A stretch of 50,436 bases of DNA from an uncultured Bacteroidales bacterium (GTDB taxonomy: Bacteria; Bacteroidota; Bacteroidia; Bacteroidales; CAZZDX01): positions 1-50,436 of the forward strand of contig CAZOSY010000001.1 of the NCBI GenBank assembly GCA_964582565.1, given 5' to 3'. Both the position numbers and the translations under genes were made by a program. Shown piece after piece: positions 23,197 through 32,036 of the stretch; position 1 is the stretch's first letter; every line of letters begins with the position of its first letter. The notes beneath the pieces were generated by a model, which was not told the DNA's origin, searched no databases, and saw nothing but the letters and a program-made list of their open reading frames with translations.

Positions 23197-26172
23197 CTAT
23201 TTTTTAGGTTTTAGTATTACTCCTTTATTTTTTCTACCATCAATCATTACTTTAAGAGGAGTATTAAATCTTATATGTTTTATAAATTCACTTTCATAAA
23301 AAGCTTTACGTTTTGACAGATATTCCAAGTCATAATATCCATCATTGATAAAAGGATTTATAGTAAAATAGCCAACTTTAAAAGATGTAAGATTTTGAAA
23401 AAAGTGAGTTCCCTGACTTGGTTCTATTCTATAATTTTCTAATCCTGCTTCAACAATAGCTCTTGCTTCTGAAATTTGATACCATTTTACAGGAATACCT
23501 AAGAAAGGGTCTTCGGATCCCCATCTTCCGGGTCCTACTAATATATAATTTTTTTTGTCATTAATAAATTTTTCGTTAATTTTTTCTATTTCTAATGTAA
23601 GAGCATTATTATTAGAAGCTTTAAAAGTTTCAGGTTTGATATAAATAAAATCATAGGTATCGTCAATAATTCCATTTCCTAATGCCAAATTTGAATATAT
23701 AATAGTTTTTTTTAAAGAAATTTTTTCAATATCAAAGTTAGTTTTTTCATTGTTAAACACTATTGGTCGTATTTGTAAGAAATTAAATATTTTCGGTTTA
23801 TTTTTTTCAGTATCCAAATTAACAGCAAATTCAATTTCTACAGGAGTATTCATTTCTTTTTGTCCAACTTTTAATAATGTTTGCAAGATGTCAGATAGAG
23901 GAAATGTATTATAATTTAAAATATTTGAAAAAGTTATGATTTTTTTGCCTTGATAATTCGTTCCATCCCTTATAACATTATTTTGAAAGTCATAAGTTGA
24001 TGAAACATATTTTATAGAATCATCTTTTTCAGTTTCTTTAATTTTTAATTTTAATATATTAACATCATCATTAGTAGAAGGGATACAACTATCAGCAAAC
24101 AGGTCTAAGGCATAAAATATTTTTTGAGTATCTTTAATAGCCATTTCAGTAGAAGAAAGTTGTAATATTTTTTTAGGATATTTAGGAGAAAATCTTAATG
24201 TTTTGCCACCGTCAACGACATATTTTCCTAATCCAAAAGCAATGTTTGCTATACCATCTTCGTGTTTTTCGGGATAAATAGGATAAAAATTAATTGACCT
24301 TGCAACGCCGGATATCGTTGGGTAAAATTTATTATTATATCTTTTTCCGCAAACTTCCTGAATTATTATACCCATTTTTTCATGATCAATTACATTTGAT
24401 GTTGCAAGCATATACGATTTACTACTTTTATAGAATACGGATGCATAAACACTTTTTATTGCATTAGTTAATAATTTGATCATCAATTTTTTATTGGTTT
24501 CAATTTTAGGTATCATATAAGTAGAATATATTCCTGCAAAAGGTTGATACTGAGAATCTTCTAAAAGACTTGAAGATCTTACAGCAATAGGTCTCTTAAA
24601 AACAGATAGTATAGCAAATAAATCTTTATATATTCTATCAGGCAATTTAGCTTTAACAAAATATTTTAGAATTTCTTCATCGCTTAAATCTGATAATCCT
24701 ATTTCATACAGATTATTTTTTTTCATAAATTCATCAAAGATATCAGTACAAAGCACAATAGTTCTTGGTATAGTTATAAACAAATCGTCATATTTATCAA
24801 AAATTCTATTTCTTTTTATAAAAGAGTCAACAAAAGCAAGACCTCTTGCCTTGCCTCCTATTGAGCCATCTCCAATACGTGAAAAAATTGAGTATTTATC
24901 AAAACTATTTTTATCAAATTTGGCTATAATTCCATGTCCTTTATTTTGTCTAAACTTGGATATTATATCAAATATATAATCTCTTACTTCGCCAATATTA
25001 TTAAAATCTTTACTTTTTAAAGGTTCTAACATTTTTGCAATAGGGAATAATGCACGTGCATTTAGCCATCTTGAAAAATCATTTTTATTAATGTGATGTC
25101 TAATAGATTCGTCAGGTATTGTTAAAATTTTTTGTTGCAAGGATTGTAAGTCAGAAACTCTGTCTATTTCTTTGGATGTGTTTGGATCTATAAAAACAAA
25201 ATCTCCAAAAACAAAATATTTATAAAAATAATTTTCTAGTTCAATAGATAATATTTTAGAATTTTTATTAATAAATCCTATATTAAAAGAATCTGCGATT
25301 TTCTTGTTTTCAATATCTAATGACTGTAATATAAAAGGTATATATTTATTATCATTCTTGATTTCTTTGTATAATTTAATTCCTGCCTGACTATCTGTTT
25401 CACCATTTTTTTTATACTTAATATCTGATATAATACCTAATATATTTTCCTTATATTTTTCATACAAAGTAATAGCTTCTTCATAATTAGTAGCAAAAAG
25501 AATTTTTGGACGTCCTCTTTTATGTAGAGATTTTTGATGCTCATTAAGTCCTTCTGTCATAAAGGACTGTGATTGTTTAAATAAAATTTTATAAATGTTA
25601 GGTAGATAACTTGAATAATATCGTAAGGAATTTTCAACTAATAAAATAGCTTGTACTCCTATATTATAAATATCATTTTCTGCATTCATTTTGTCTTCAA
25701 TTAGCTTAATAATAGCCAATAAAATATCTGGATTGCCCAACCAACAAAAAGTATAATCAATATAATTTGTATTTTTAATATCTAATTCTATACTAACTTT
25801 TCTGGAAAGATGCGTTAAAACAACAATTGGTATTTCTGTATATTTTTCTTTTATTTTTTTTGACAGATTAAAAATATCTATATCTCCTGTGCTTGGTATA
25901 GCTATTACTAAACTAATATTTTCCTGTTCTAAAATTTTAAATGCTTTTTGTCTTGTATTTGCCTGAATAAAAACTGGAGGATACCTAAGATTTAGAGATG
26001 CATATTCATTAAATATTTGTTCATCAATACGGCCATCTTCCTCAATCAAAAAAATATCATAATTACTACAAATAAGTAATACTTTATAAATTCTTTTTTG
26101 CATTAATTTATTAAAGGATGTATCGTTAAAATAATATTTTTGTGATTCTACTTTTACTGTTTTTTTTATCAT
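23197..26172 (-). CDS. pseudo-receiver + receiver (REC) + PEP/pyruvate-binding (PPDK_N ATP-grasp) protein, paralog 1
   Basis: REC-like region: ILLVENS..IISDIKY..ILQSLD. PPDK_N motifs: GGKARGLAF, AVRSSSLLEDS..FAGIYST, PVEIEFAV..LQIRPI. C-terminal conserved region: GPGRWGSEDPFLGIPV..GTHFFQNLTS. Confidence 0.8.
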   Translation of the reverse strand: MIKKTVKVESQKYYFNDTSFNKLMQKRIYKVLLICSNYDIFLIEEDGRIDEQIFNEYASLNLRYPPVFIQANTRQKAFKILEQENISLVIAIPSTGDIDIFNLSKKIKEKYTEIPIVVLTHLSRKVSIELDIKNTNYIDYTFCWLGNPDILLAIIKLIEDKMNAENDIYNIGVQAILLVENSLRYYSSYLPNIYKILFKQSQSFMTEGLNEHQKSLHKRGRPKILFATNYEEAITLYEKYKENILGIISDIKYKKNGETDSQAGIKLYKEIKNDNKYIPFILQSLDIENKKIADSFNIGFINKNSKILSIELENYFYKYFVFGDFVFIDPNTSKEIDRVSDLQSLQQKILTIPDESIRHHINKNDFSRWLNARALFPIAKMLEPLKSKDFNNIGEVRDYIFDIISKFRQNKGHGIIAKFDKNSFDKYSIFSRIGDGSIGGKARGLAFVDSFIKRNRIFDKYDDLFITIPRTIVLCTDIFDEFMKKNNLYEIGLSDLSDEEILKYFVKAKLPDRIYKDLFAILSVFKRPIAVRSSSLLEDSQYQPFAGIYSTYMIPKIETNKKLMIKLLTNAIKSVYASVFYKSSKSYMLATSNVIDHEKMGIIIQEVCGKRYNNKFYPTISGVARSINFYPIYPEKHEDGIANIAFGLGKYVVDGGKTLRFSPKYPKKILQLSSTEMAIKDTQKIFYALDLFADSCIPSTNDDVNILKLKIKETEKDDSIKYVSSTYDFQNNVIRDGTNYQGKKIITFSNILNYNTFPLSDILQTLLKVGQKEMNTPVEIEFAVNLDTEKNKPKIFNFLQIRPIVFNNEKTNFDIEKISLKKTIIYSNLALGNGIIDDTYDFIYIKPETFKASNNNALTLEIEKINEKFINDKKNYILVGPGRWGSEDPFLGIPVKWYQISEARAIVEAGLENYRIEPSQGTHFFQNLTSFKVGYFTINPFINDGYYDLEYLSKRKAFYESEFIKHIRFNTPLKVMIDGRKNKGVILKPKK

Positions 26173-26384
26173 ATATAAATTATATTTTAGGTTGTAATAA
26201 TATTTAGGGTTTGTGAAAAAATAACCTATTCATTTTGACTCGTTCTTTTGCTCTTTTTCTTCGTTACAAAATCCTTAAATAGCTGTGCTATTCGCAAATT
26301 ATGTGCCTTGAAAAAGAACAAAATAACTTCGTCAATTCTGTATACTTTATTTCTTCACAAGCCCTTAGTAACAAAATTAAATGC

Positions 26385-26538
26385 TATTTAGTGTTTGTCC
26401 ATAATGTCCGATTTCTTCGTTACGCTTGTCTTTCAAATCAGTCATTTACAAAAGTAAACTCCTGATTTTCAATACTACGCAAGCCTTGAACTCGAACATT
26501 CTGAACTAAACACTTACTTTATGGACAAACACTATTTA
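26385..26538. mobile_element. 154-bp MITE-like element, copy A (20-bp perfect TIRs tatttagtgtttgtccataa / ttatggacaaacactattta)
   Basis: Near-identical to 38139-38292. No coding capacity. The last 3 nt form the stop codon of the phosphoesterase gene. Confidence 0.7.
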
Positions 26539-27387
26539 TATTAAATATCTTGAAGCCAAAAAAGGTTTTTCAATATCAAATTTAATAATAGCCAATTGTG
26601 GTTTATCATAAGCAGCAGAAAAAGTATATGTATTTTTTATCTGTTGTTTCCAGTATCCTGTTATACGTGAAGATTCGTGTATGTGCCCATGAAGTGTAAT
26701 AAACGGTTGTTTTTCTTCAATAAATCTTTTTATGGCAATGCTTCCAACATGAACATCCATAGGTACATAGTCAATTGTTTTTCCATCTAATGCTGCTCTA
26801 TCTAAATTTGTTTTATATGGAGGAGCATGAAATAAGAATATAGAACATGAAAGGTCATCTTTGTTTGTTAATTTTTCTAAATCTTCTTGTATAGTAGAAT
26901 AATTCATTTTATCATAAGATTCGGGAATAGATATGTATCCTTCGGTTGGTGGTATGCATCCAGGGTCAACGAATCTTGATACATCATATCGTTCCCAATC
27001 TTTCAGCAAAAAAGGTGTTGGAGGAACATAAGAATAGCCATAAATTTGATATTGTTTATATTTTACTTTTTTGTTATGTATATATTTCCATAGTCCTAAT
27101 TTTTCAGCATTAATAAAAAGAATTTCTTTATTTCGCAAATCGTCATTTCCAAGTATTAAGAATATTTCAGGATAATTATTACTTAGTTCTTTTTTTAACC
27201 TTAAAAAATTTTTGATTAGATAATCTTTAGTAAAATCTTCATAATCTTTATTATGTATTAATTCATTAGGCAGCAGGTCCCCACCAATAAAAACAATTTT
27301 TGGTTTTTTTTTCTTTATTTCATCAAATAATTTTTTGTATCTATCTATTTTACCATGTAAATCTGATACGAAATAGCAAAGTGTCAT
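26536..27387 (-). CDS. calcineurin-like metallophosphoesterase
   Basis: Ordered motifs SDLHG, GGDLL, GNDD, FHAPP and HGHIHES. Confidence 0.85.
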   Translation of the reverse strand: MTLCYFVSDLHGKIDRYKKLFDEIKKKKPKIVFIGGDLLPNELIHNKDYEDFTKDYLIKNFLRLKKELSNNYPEIFLILGNDDLRNKEILFINAEKLGLWKYIHNKKVKYKQYQIYGYSYVPPTPFLLKDWERYDVSRFVDPGCIPPTEGYISIPESYDKMNYSTIQEDLEKLTNKDDLSCSIFLFHAPPYKTNLDRAALDGKTIDYVPMDVHVGSIAIKRFIEEKQPFITLHGHIHESSRITGYWKQQIKNTYTFSAAYDKPQLAIIKFDIEKPFLASRYLI

Positions 27388-27389
27388 TT

Positions 27390-28223
27390 TTATTTTTTTG
27401 TTGTTTTTAATAATCTTGCAGAATTAAAGGCAGAATTAATCATTACAGCAAAACTTGTTTTGTTTTTTATATCATGGTCTGTTATAATGTGCAAATCAAT
27501 TAATCCATCAGATTTATATCCTGTTTTGAAATAATTCATTTCAGAGAGGCATAAGCTCCAACCTTCAATCCATGCAGTAAGTTCTTTTTTTTGATTTTCA
27601 TTACCTGTAAAATGTATTAAGAGGTCAATATCACTATTTGGTCCTGCATTAGCATTTTTGGTGCTACCAATGATATAAAAATTTCCAACCCCAAATCTGT
27701 CAAAATCAATTTTTTTGGCAATAATATTTGCCATTTTTAATCTCCATTTCCAATGTTCATCAGATTTTGGTGAAAGTATAACATCATCAGAACTTTTAGA
27801 TGGAGATTTTATATATGACAGAGTATGTTTTATCTTCTTATGAAAAAAATAATTGCCTAATCTATTAACAATTGTATTTAGCAATTTTTGTTCTTCAGGC
27901 AGAAATTGACTGTTATTTAATAATCTTATAAATTGAGTATAAAATACTTGTATTTTACCAAGAATATTATTATCTATAATAATATCTGCATGCTGAGACC
28001 ATTGAGTTTCTATAAAATCATCTGATTCAAATATTTTGTTCTCATATATTATTCTTACTTGACATATAGCTGGATATTGCCATCCGTTAGGTATTATATT
28101 TATTAGTTTTTTAAATAAATTTTTATTATCTATATCATAATTTTTTAATAGTTCTTCAACATTATATATGCAGTTTAGCTCTTTGTTTCTTTCTTTTAAT
28201 TTATCAAATGCTATATTTCTCAT
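27390..28223 (-). CDS. sensor-module + Pol-beta-superfamily nucleotidyltransferase (MNT-like)
   Basis: C-terminal half: IIGSTKNANAGPNSDIDLLIHF (GS-x10-DxD) plus a downstream DLHIITD. The N-terminal ~125 aa is homologous to the N-terminus of the Crp/Fnr-like protein. Confidence 0.75.
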   Translation of the reverse strand: MRNIAFDKLKERNKELNCIYNVEELLKNYDIDNKNLFKKLINIIPNGWQYPAICQVRIIYENKIFESDDFIETQWSQHADIIIDNNILGKIQVFYTQFIRLLNNSQFLPEEQKLLNTIVNRLGNYFFHKKIKHTLSYIKSPSKSSDDVILSPKSDEHWKWRLKMANIIAKKIDFDRFGVGNFYIIGSTKNANAGPNSDIDLLIHFTGNENQKKELTAWIEGWSLCLSEMNYFKTGYKSDGLIDLHIITDHDIKNKTSFAVMINSAFNSARLLKTTKK

Positions 28224-28233
28224 TTTTATTAAA

Positions 28234-28626
28234 TTTTTAAAATTATTACAAACAAAAGTTTTTTTTTATCAATTAACAGTAATTACTGATATTCTTTTTT
28301 TACCGTCTATTTTAATAGTTAATGGTTTATTAAAACGTATATGTTTAAAATATTTAGTTCTATTGATTAATTTCTGTTTATTCAAAATATCAAAATTAAT
28401 ATAATTATCAACAGATAAAGAGTTAATAGAAAAATAACATATATTCATTGAAGTTAGATTATGAAAGAAATGAGAGCCTAAAGAGGCATCAAGTGGAAAA
28501 TCTTTTAAACTCATTTCAACAATAACTTTAGCATTAGATATTTGGGGCCAAGTAACAGGTATCCCAATAAATCTATCACGAGTTCCCCATCTGCCTGGTC
28601 CAATCAGAACATATTTTTTATTCTTT
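28234..28626. repeat. direct repeat copy 2 (3' UTR + last ~118 codons of the 989-aa gene)
   Basis: Matches 19130-19521. Confidence 0.9.
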
Positions 28627-31238
28627 GAAATCATTTCTGCATTCAATTTTTCAATTTCATAGGTCATTTCAAGGGTCTTGGTCTTGTCAAATTTATCATT
28701 ATCTAGAAATATTATATCATTGATATCATCAATTTTTCCATTTCCCATACTTTTTTGTGAATATAGTAAAGTATTTTTTTTGTTTATTTTATCAATATTA
28801 ATATTATAATCATTATCGCTTCCTATTAATGATTTTATTTGTAGCAAATAAAAAGAAGCATTATAATTTTTATCTTTATTTAAGTCAACGGCAAATTCTA
28901 TTTCTACAGGTGTTCCCATAGCTTCTTCTACAACATCAAGGATAGTATTAATTGTCTTAGAAAGAGGGATATAGTCATACTTTAATATATCAGCAAAATT
29001 GATAATTCTTGGTCCATTAGAAGTTAATCCCGGACTTATAACATCATTCTCCACATTATATACAGAAGCACAATGGTCAAGTGTTCCATGTTTTTCTGCT
29101 TCACTAATATCCATTTTTATAAGAGCTGCTTCTTCTCCTTTTTCAAGTAAGTTAATATCTTTTTTGTTCATATCAACAGCATATAAATACACCTGAGAAC
29201 TTTTGTATAAATCTTTTATTGAATTAATTTCAACTTTAGGATATTTTGGAGAAAATCTATAAGCTTTTTCACCTTGCACAACGTATCGTCCCAAGCCAAC
29301 AGCAGTAACAGTAAATCCTTCTTCGGGTTTCATATTTGCTACAGGATAATAATTATATGATTGTGCTACGCCACTAAAATGAGGATAAAAACAACCATTA
29401 AATTGATTGCCAACAACTTCCTGAATTATTACTGCCATTTTTTCTTCTTCTATTTTGTAGTTCACAGCTTTGAAGTAATTGCGGGAAGTATCAGAATATA
29501 TTGATGCAAACACTAACCTAATAGCATCCATTGTTTGCTGGAGTCGTATATTAAAATCAGGATTATTGTTTGGTAGCATGAAAGTTGAAAATATACCTGC
29601 AAATGGATGCATCATAGAATCTTCAAACTGACTTGATGACCGAATAGCTAATGGCTTTTTTATAAGTTTTAGTAATATTTTTAATCTTTTTGTAAGATTG
29701 TATGATAATTGTAATTTTAAAAATGTCTTTTTTAAATTATTATAGTTTTTTTCAGTATATATATATTTATTCAGATTATTTTTATTTATAAAATCTTCAA
29801 ATTCACTAGTGCCAATAATTATAGTTTTAGGTGTTTTTATATTAATATCAGATATAATATTATGAAAATCCACATTGTTAACCAAATTATTTATAAAAGC
29901 CAGTCCTCTTCCTTTTCCACCTAATGTTCCTGATGCAAAGCTTATAATATTTTTACCATCAAACGTAATTGATTTATCAAAATTAATAACTTTCCCTTTA
30001 TCTTTATCCTGTCTATATTTACTAATAACATTAAGAATATACTCACGTAGCTCATTAGTAGTATTAAAGTCAGACACTTTGACAGGATTAATTATTTTTG
30101 CAACTTGAATTTCTCCACGAGCCATTAGCCATAATGAAAAATGATTTTTTGAGGCATGTTTAATAAGCGATTCGTCAGGAATAGTTCTTAAATGTGTTTC
30201 AAATTCTTTTAAAGATTTAGCAACGGCAATCTGTCTTCCTAATCTATCACGATAAACGAAATTACCAAAACCGAGATAATAAATAATAAAGTCCTTTAAG
30301 TCTTGTAATAAAGTTTCGGAATCTTTATTAATAAATATAGAATTTAGTTTATATGCATCTTTTGAATATTCAGCGTCAGATGACTGTAATATAGTAGGTA
30401 AATCATTTATTTCATTTTTTATATGTTTCAAAAGTTCAATACCTGCTTTATCATATAATTCATTATTTTTTTTAAATTTTACATCAGAAATAACACAAAG
30501 CACATAATCTTTATATCTACTAAAATAATCAATTGCCTCTTCATAATTAGATGCTAAAAGGACTTTTGTCCTTGCTCTCATCCTTGCTATTTTATTAAAT
30601 TCATTGTTGTTAACATCAGCAATTAGTTTCTCTGTCTGTTCAAAAATAATAGAATATAACACAGGCAGATATCTGGAATAATATTCTGCAGAATCTTCAA
30701 CTAATAAAATAACTTTTACATTACCAATTTTTGTATCATTTTCAGCATTCATTTTATCTTCAGCATATTTAACCATTGTAAAGAAAATTTTGGAATCACC
30801 ATTCCAGACAAATATCCTATCTATTGTAGATAATTTTCTGCTTTGATTTTCAAAAAATCTAATATTACTATTATTGTTTAGGAGTAAAAATATCGGCAAG
30901 TCAGGATATTTTTCTTTAATTTTCTTACTAAGTTCAATGTGTATGGTATTATTAATTCCCATCATAAGTATTACCAAGTCAAATCCTCTGTTTTCTAATA
31001 ATTCTAATGTGTCTTCGGGAGACGATGTTCCTGTAATACTTGGAAGAGAAGATAAATTAAGATGATATACCTCTCCCATTGACTGTTCAAAAAATCTGTC
31101 TTCGTTTTCAAGTATATATGCATCATACAAAGTTGAAACAAGCAGTATCTCTTTTACTTTAAATTGCATCAAATTATGGTAAATATCCCTGTTTGAATTT
31201 TTTTTTCTTAAAAACTTTTCCAATAATTGTGTCTTCAT
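28269..31238 (-). CDS. pseudo-receiver + receiver (REC) + PEP/pyruvate-binding (PPDK_N ATP-grasp) protein, paralog 2
   Basis: ILLVEDS..VISDVKF..ILQSSD; GGKGRGLAF; AIRSSSQFEDS..FAGIFST; PVEIEFAV..LLQIKSL; GPGRWGTRDRFIGIPV..GSHFFHNLTS. Collinear with paralog 1. Confidence 0.8.
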   Translation of the reverse strand: MKTQLLEKFLRKKNSNRDIYHNLMQFKVKEILLVSTLYDAYILENEDRFFEQSMGEVYHLNLSSLPSITGTSSPEDTLELLENRGFDLVILMMGINNTIHIELSKKIKEKYPDLPIFLLLNNNSNIRFFENQSRKLSTIDRIFVWNGDSKIFFTMVKYAEDKMNAENDTKIGNVKVILLVEDSAEYYSRYLPVLYSIIFEQTEKLIADVNNNEFNKIARMRARTKVLLASNYEEAIDYFSRYKDYVLCVISDVKFKKNNELYDKAGIELLKHIKNEINDLPTILQSSDAEYSKDAYKLNSIFINKDSETLLQDLKDFIIYYLGFGNFVYRDRLGRQIAVAKSLKEFETHLRTIPDESLIKHASKNHFSLWLMARGEIQVAKIINPVKVSDFNTTNELREYILNVISKYRQDKDKGKVINFDKSITFDGKNIISFASGTLGGKGRGLAFINNLVNNVDFHNIISDINIKTPKTIIIGTSEFEDFINKNNLNKYIYTEKNYNNLKKTFLKLQLSYNLTKRLKILLKLIKKPLAIRSSSQFEDSMMHPFAGIFSTFMLPNNNPDFNIRLQQTMDAIRLVFASIYSDTSRNYFKAVNYKIEEEKMAVIIQEVVGNQFNGCFYPHFSGVAQSYNYYPVANMKPEEGFTVTAVGLGRYVVQGEKAYRFSPKYPKVEINSIKDLYKSSQVYLYAVDMNKKDINLLEKGEEAALIKMDISEAEKHGTLDHCASVYNVENDVISPGLTSNGPRIINFADILKYDYIPLSKTINTILDVVEEAMGTPVEIEFAVDLNKDKNYNASFYLLQIKSLIGSDNDYNINIDKINKKNTLLYSQKSMGNGKIDDINDIIFLDNDKFDKTKTLEMTYEIEKLNAEMISKNKKYVLIGPGRWGTRDRFIGIPVTWPQISNAKVIVEMSLKDFPLDASLGSHFFHNLTSMNICYFSINSLSVDNYINFDILNKQKLINRTKYFKHIRFNKPLTIKIDGKKRISVITVN

Positions 31239-31413
31239 AATTTAATTTGGTTTTTGTATTACACAAAATTAACAAGTTTATCTTTAGGGGAGTTCTAATA
31301 ATTACTTTTTAGACAAAAATAAAAATTTTTGTAGATTTTTTTGATGTATCATGATTTAAACTCCCGTTTTAGCAACCATATTTTTTAAATTAAACCAAAA
31401 ATGCTGTTTTTTG

Positions 31414-32018
31414 GGTTCAAAGAAAATAATAGGGGGACAATAGGTTTTATTGTAACCGTTCATAGATTGAAATTAAAATAATAAAATCAAAAGCCAAAAG
31501 CCAAAAATTAAAAGTCAAAAGTGTCTTGAGTTCAGAACATTTATCTTGATTTTGAAGTTACGATAGATTTTGCAATTATTTTTATCAATTCTATTAATAA
31601 ATCTGTTCAGGCATCAGTCGGGCGCCTGACCGAACTGCCTGATTATTCAGATACTTTTTTCTTTATTTTTTATTTCTATCTAACGAGGGCAAATAATTTG
31701 TTCCTGTTGATGTCCCTGCACGAAATAGTTGTCCGTAAATGTGGCAACCTTCATAAGTTTTGTTTAGTTTTTTTCCTAATTTGATAATACTTACAGCAAA
31801 TTCTAATCCGCCTAATCTTGTTTCATTTATTATAACCTTTATTTTTGATTTTATTTTTTTTGTCTTTTGTCTTTTGTCTTTAAAAATAAATATCTTTTAT
31901 TTTTTAGTTCCGCAATACTGGGGGATGAATGGTTACAAAATATTTTAATATCGTCTCTTTTTCCATAGTACAAATATACTAAATTAAATCTCACTCACCC
32001 TATTATTTTCTTTGAACC
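31414..32018. mobile_element. 605-bp non-autonomous element bounded by perfect 21-bp TIRs (ggttcaaagaaaataataggg / ccctattattttctttgaacc) with nested inner repeats
   Basis: The TIRs were read directly. Inner layers are ttgtaaccgttcat / atgaatggttacaa and the A-rich repeats aaaagccaaaagcc / gtcttttgtcttttgtc. Confidence 0.7.
31663..31836 (-). pseudogene. truncated four-helix-bundle (23S rRNA intervening-sequence-type) protein remnant in the core of the TIR element
   Basis: Hand translation gives VIINETRLGGLEFAVSIIKLGKKLNKTYEGCHIYGQLFRAGTSTGTNYLPSLDRNKK*. The segment QLFRAGTSTGTNY resembles the QLxRSGTSIGANY core of that family (from memory). There is no start codon, and the C-terminal half is missing. 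Confidence 0.45.
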
Positions 32019-32036
32019 GTTTTTTGTCTTATAGTT

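Noticed and set aside
28269-31238. Annotating the two ~990-aa proteins as phosphoenolpyruvate synthase or pyruvate phosphate dikinase.
   Set aside because: Only the N-terminal ATP-grasp (PEP/pyruvate-binding) part is present. No TSHAAI-type phospho-His swivel motif and no C-terminal PEP-utilizer TIM-barrel region is visible, and two receiver-like domains precede it.
31470-31890. CRISPR-like or tandem-repeat array suggested by aaaagccaaaagccaaaa and gtcttttgtcttttgtcttt. More generally, this also covers the many repeated hairpins across the window.
   Set aside because: The units are 6-7 nt A-rich microrepeats forming the two arms of an inverted repeat. No regularly spaced 25-40 nt direct repeats with unique spacers exist anywhere, and there are no cas genes.
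31760-31948. 62-aa plus-strand ORF inside the TIR element. The 76-aa ORF at 21774..22004 and the 62-aa ORF at 19990..20178 are similar cases.
   Set aside because: Their translations are hydrophobic, low-complexity artefacts of AT-rich repeat or intergenic DNA. The ORF at 19990..20178 is antisense to the frameshifted T9SS gene's N-terminal part.
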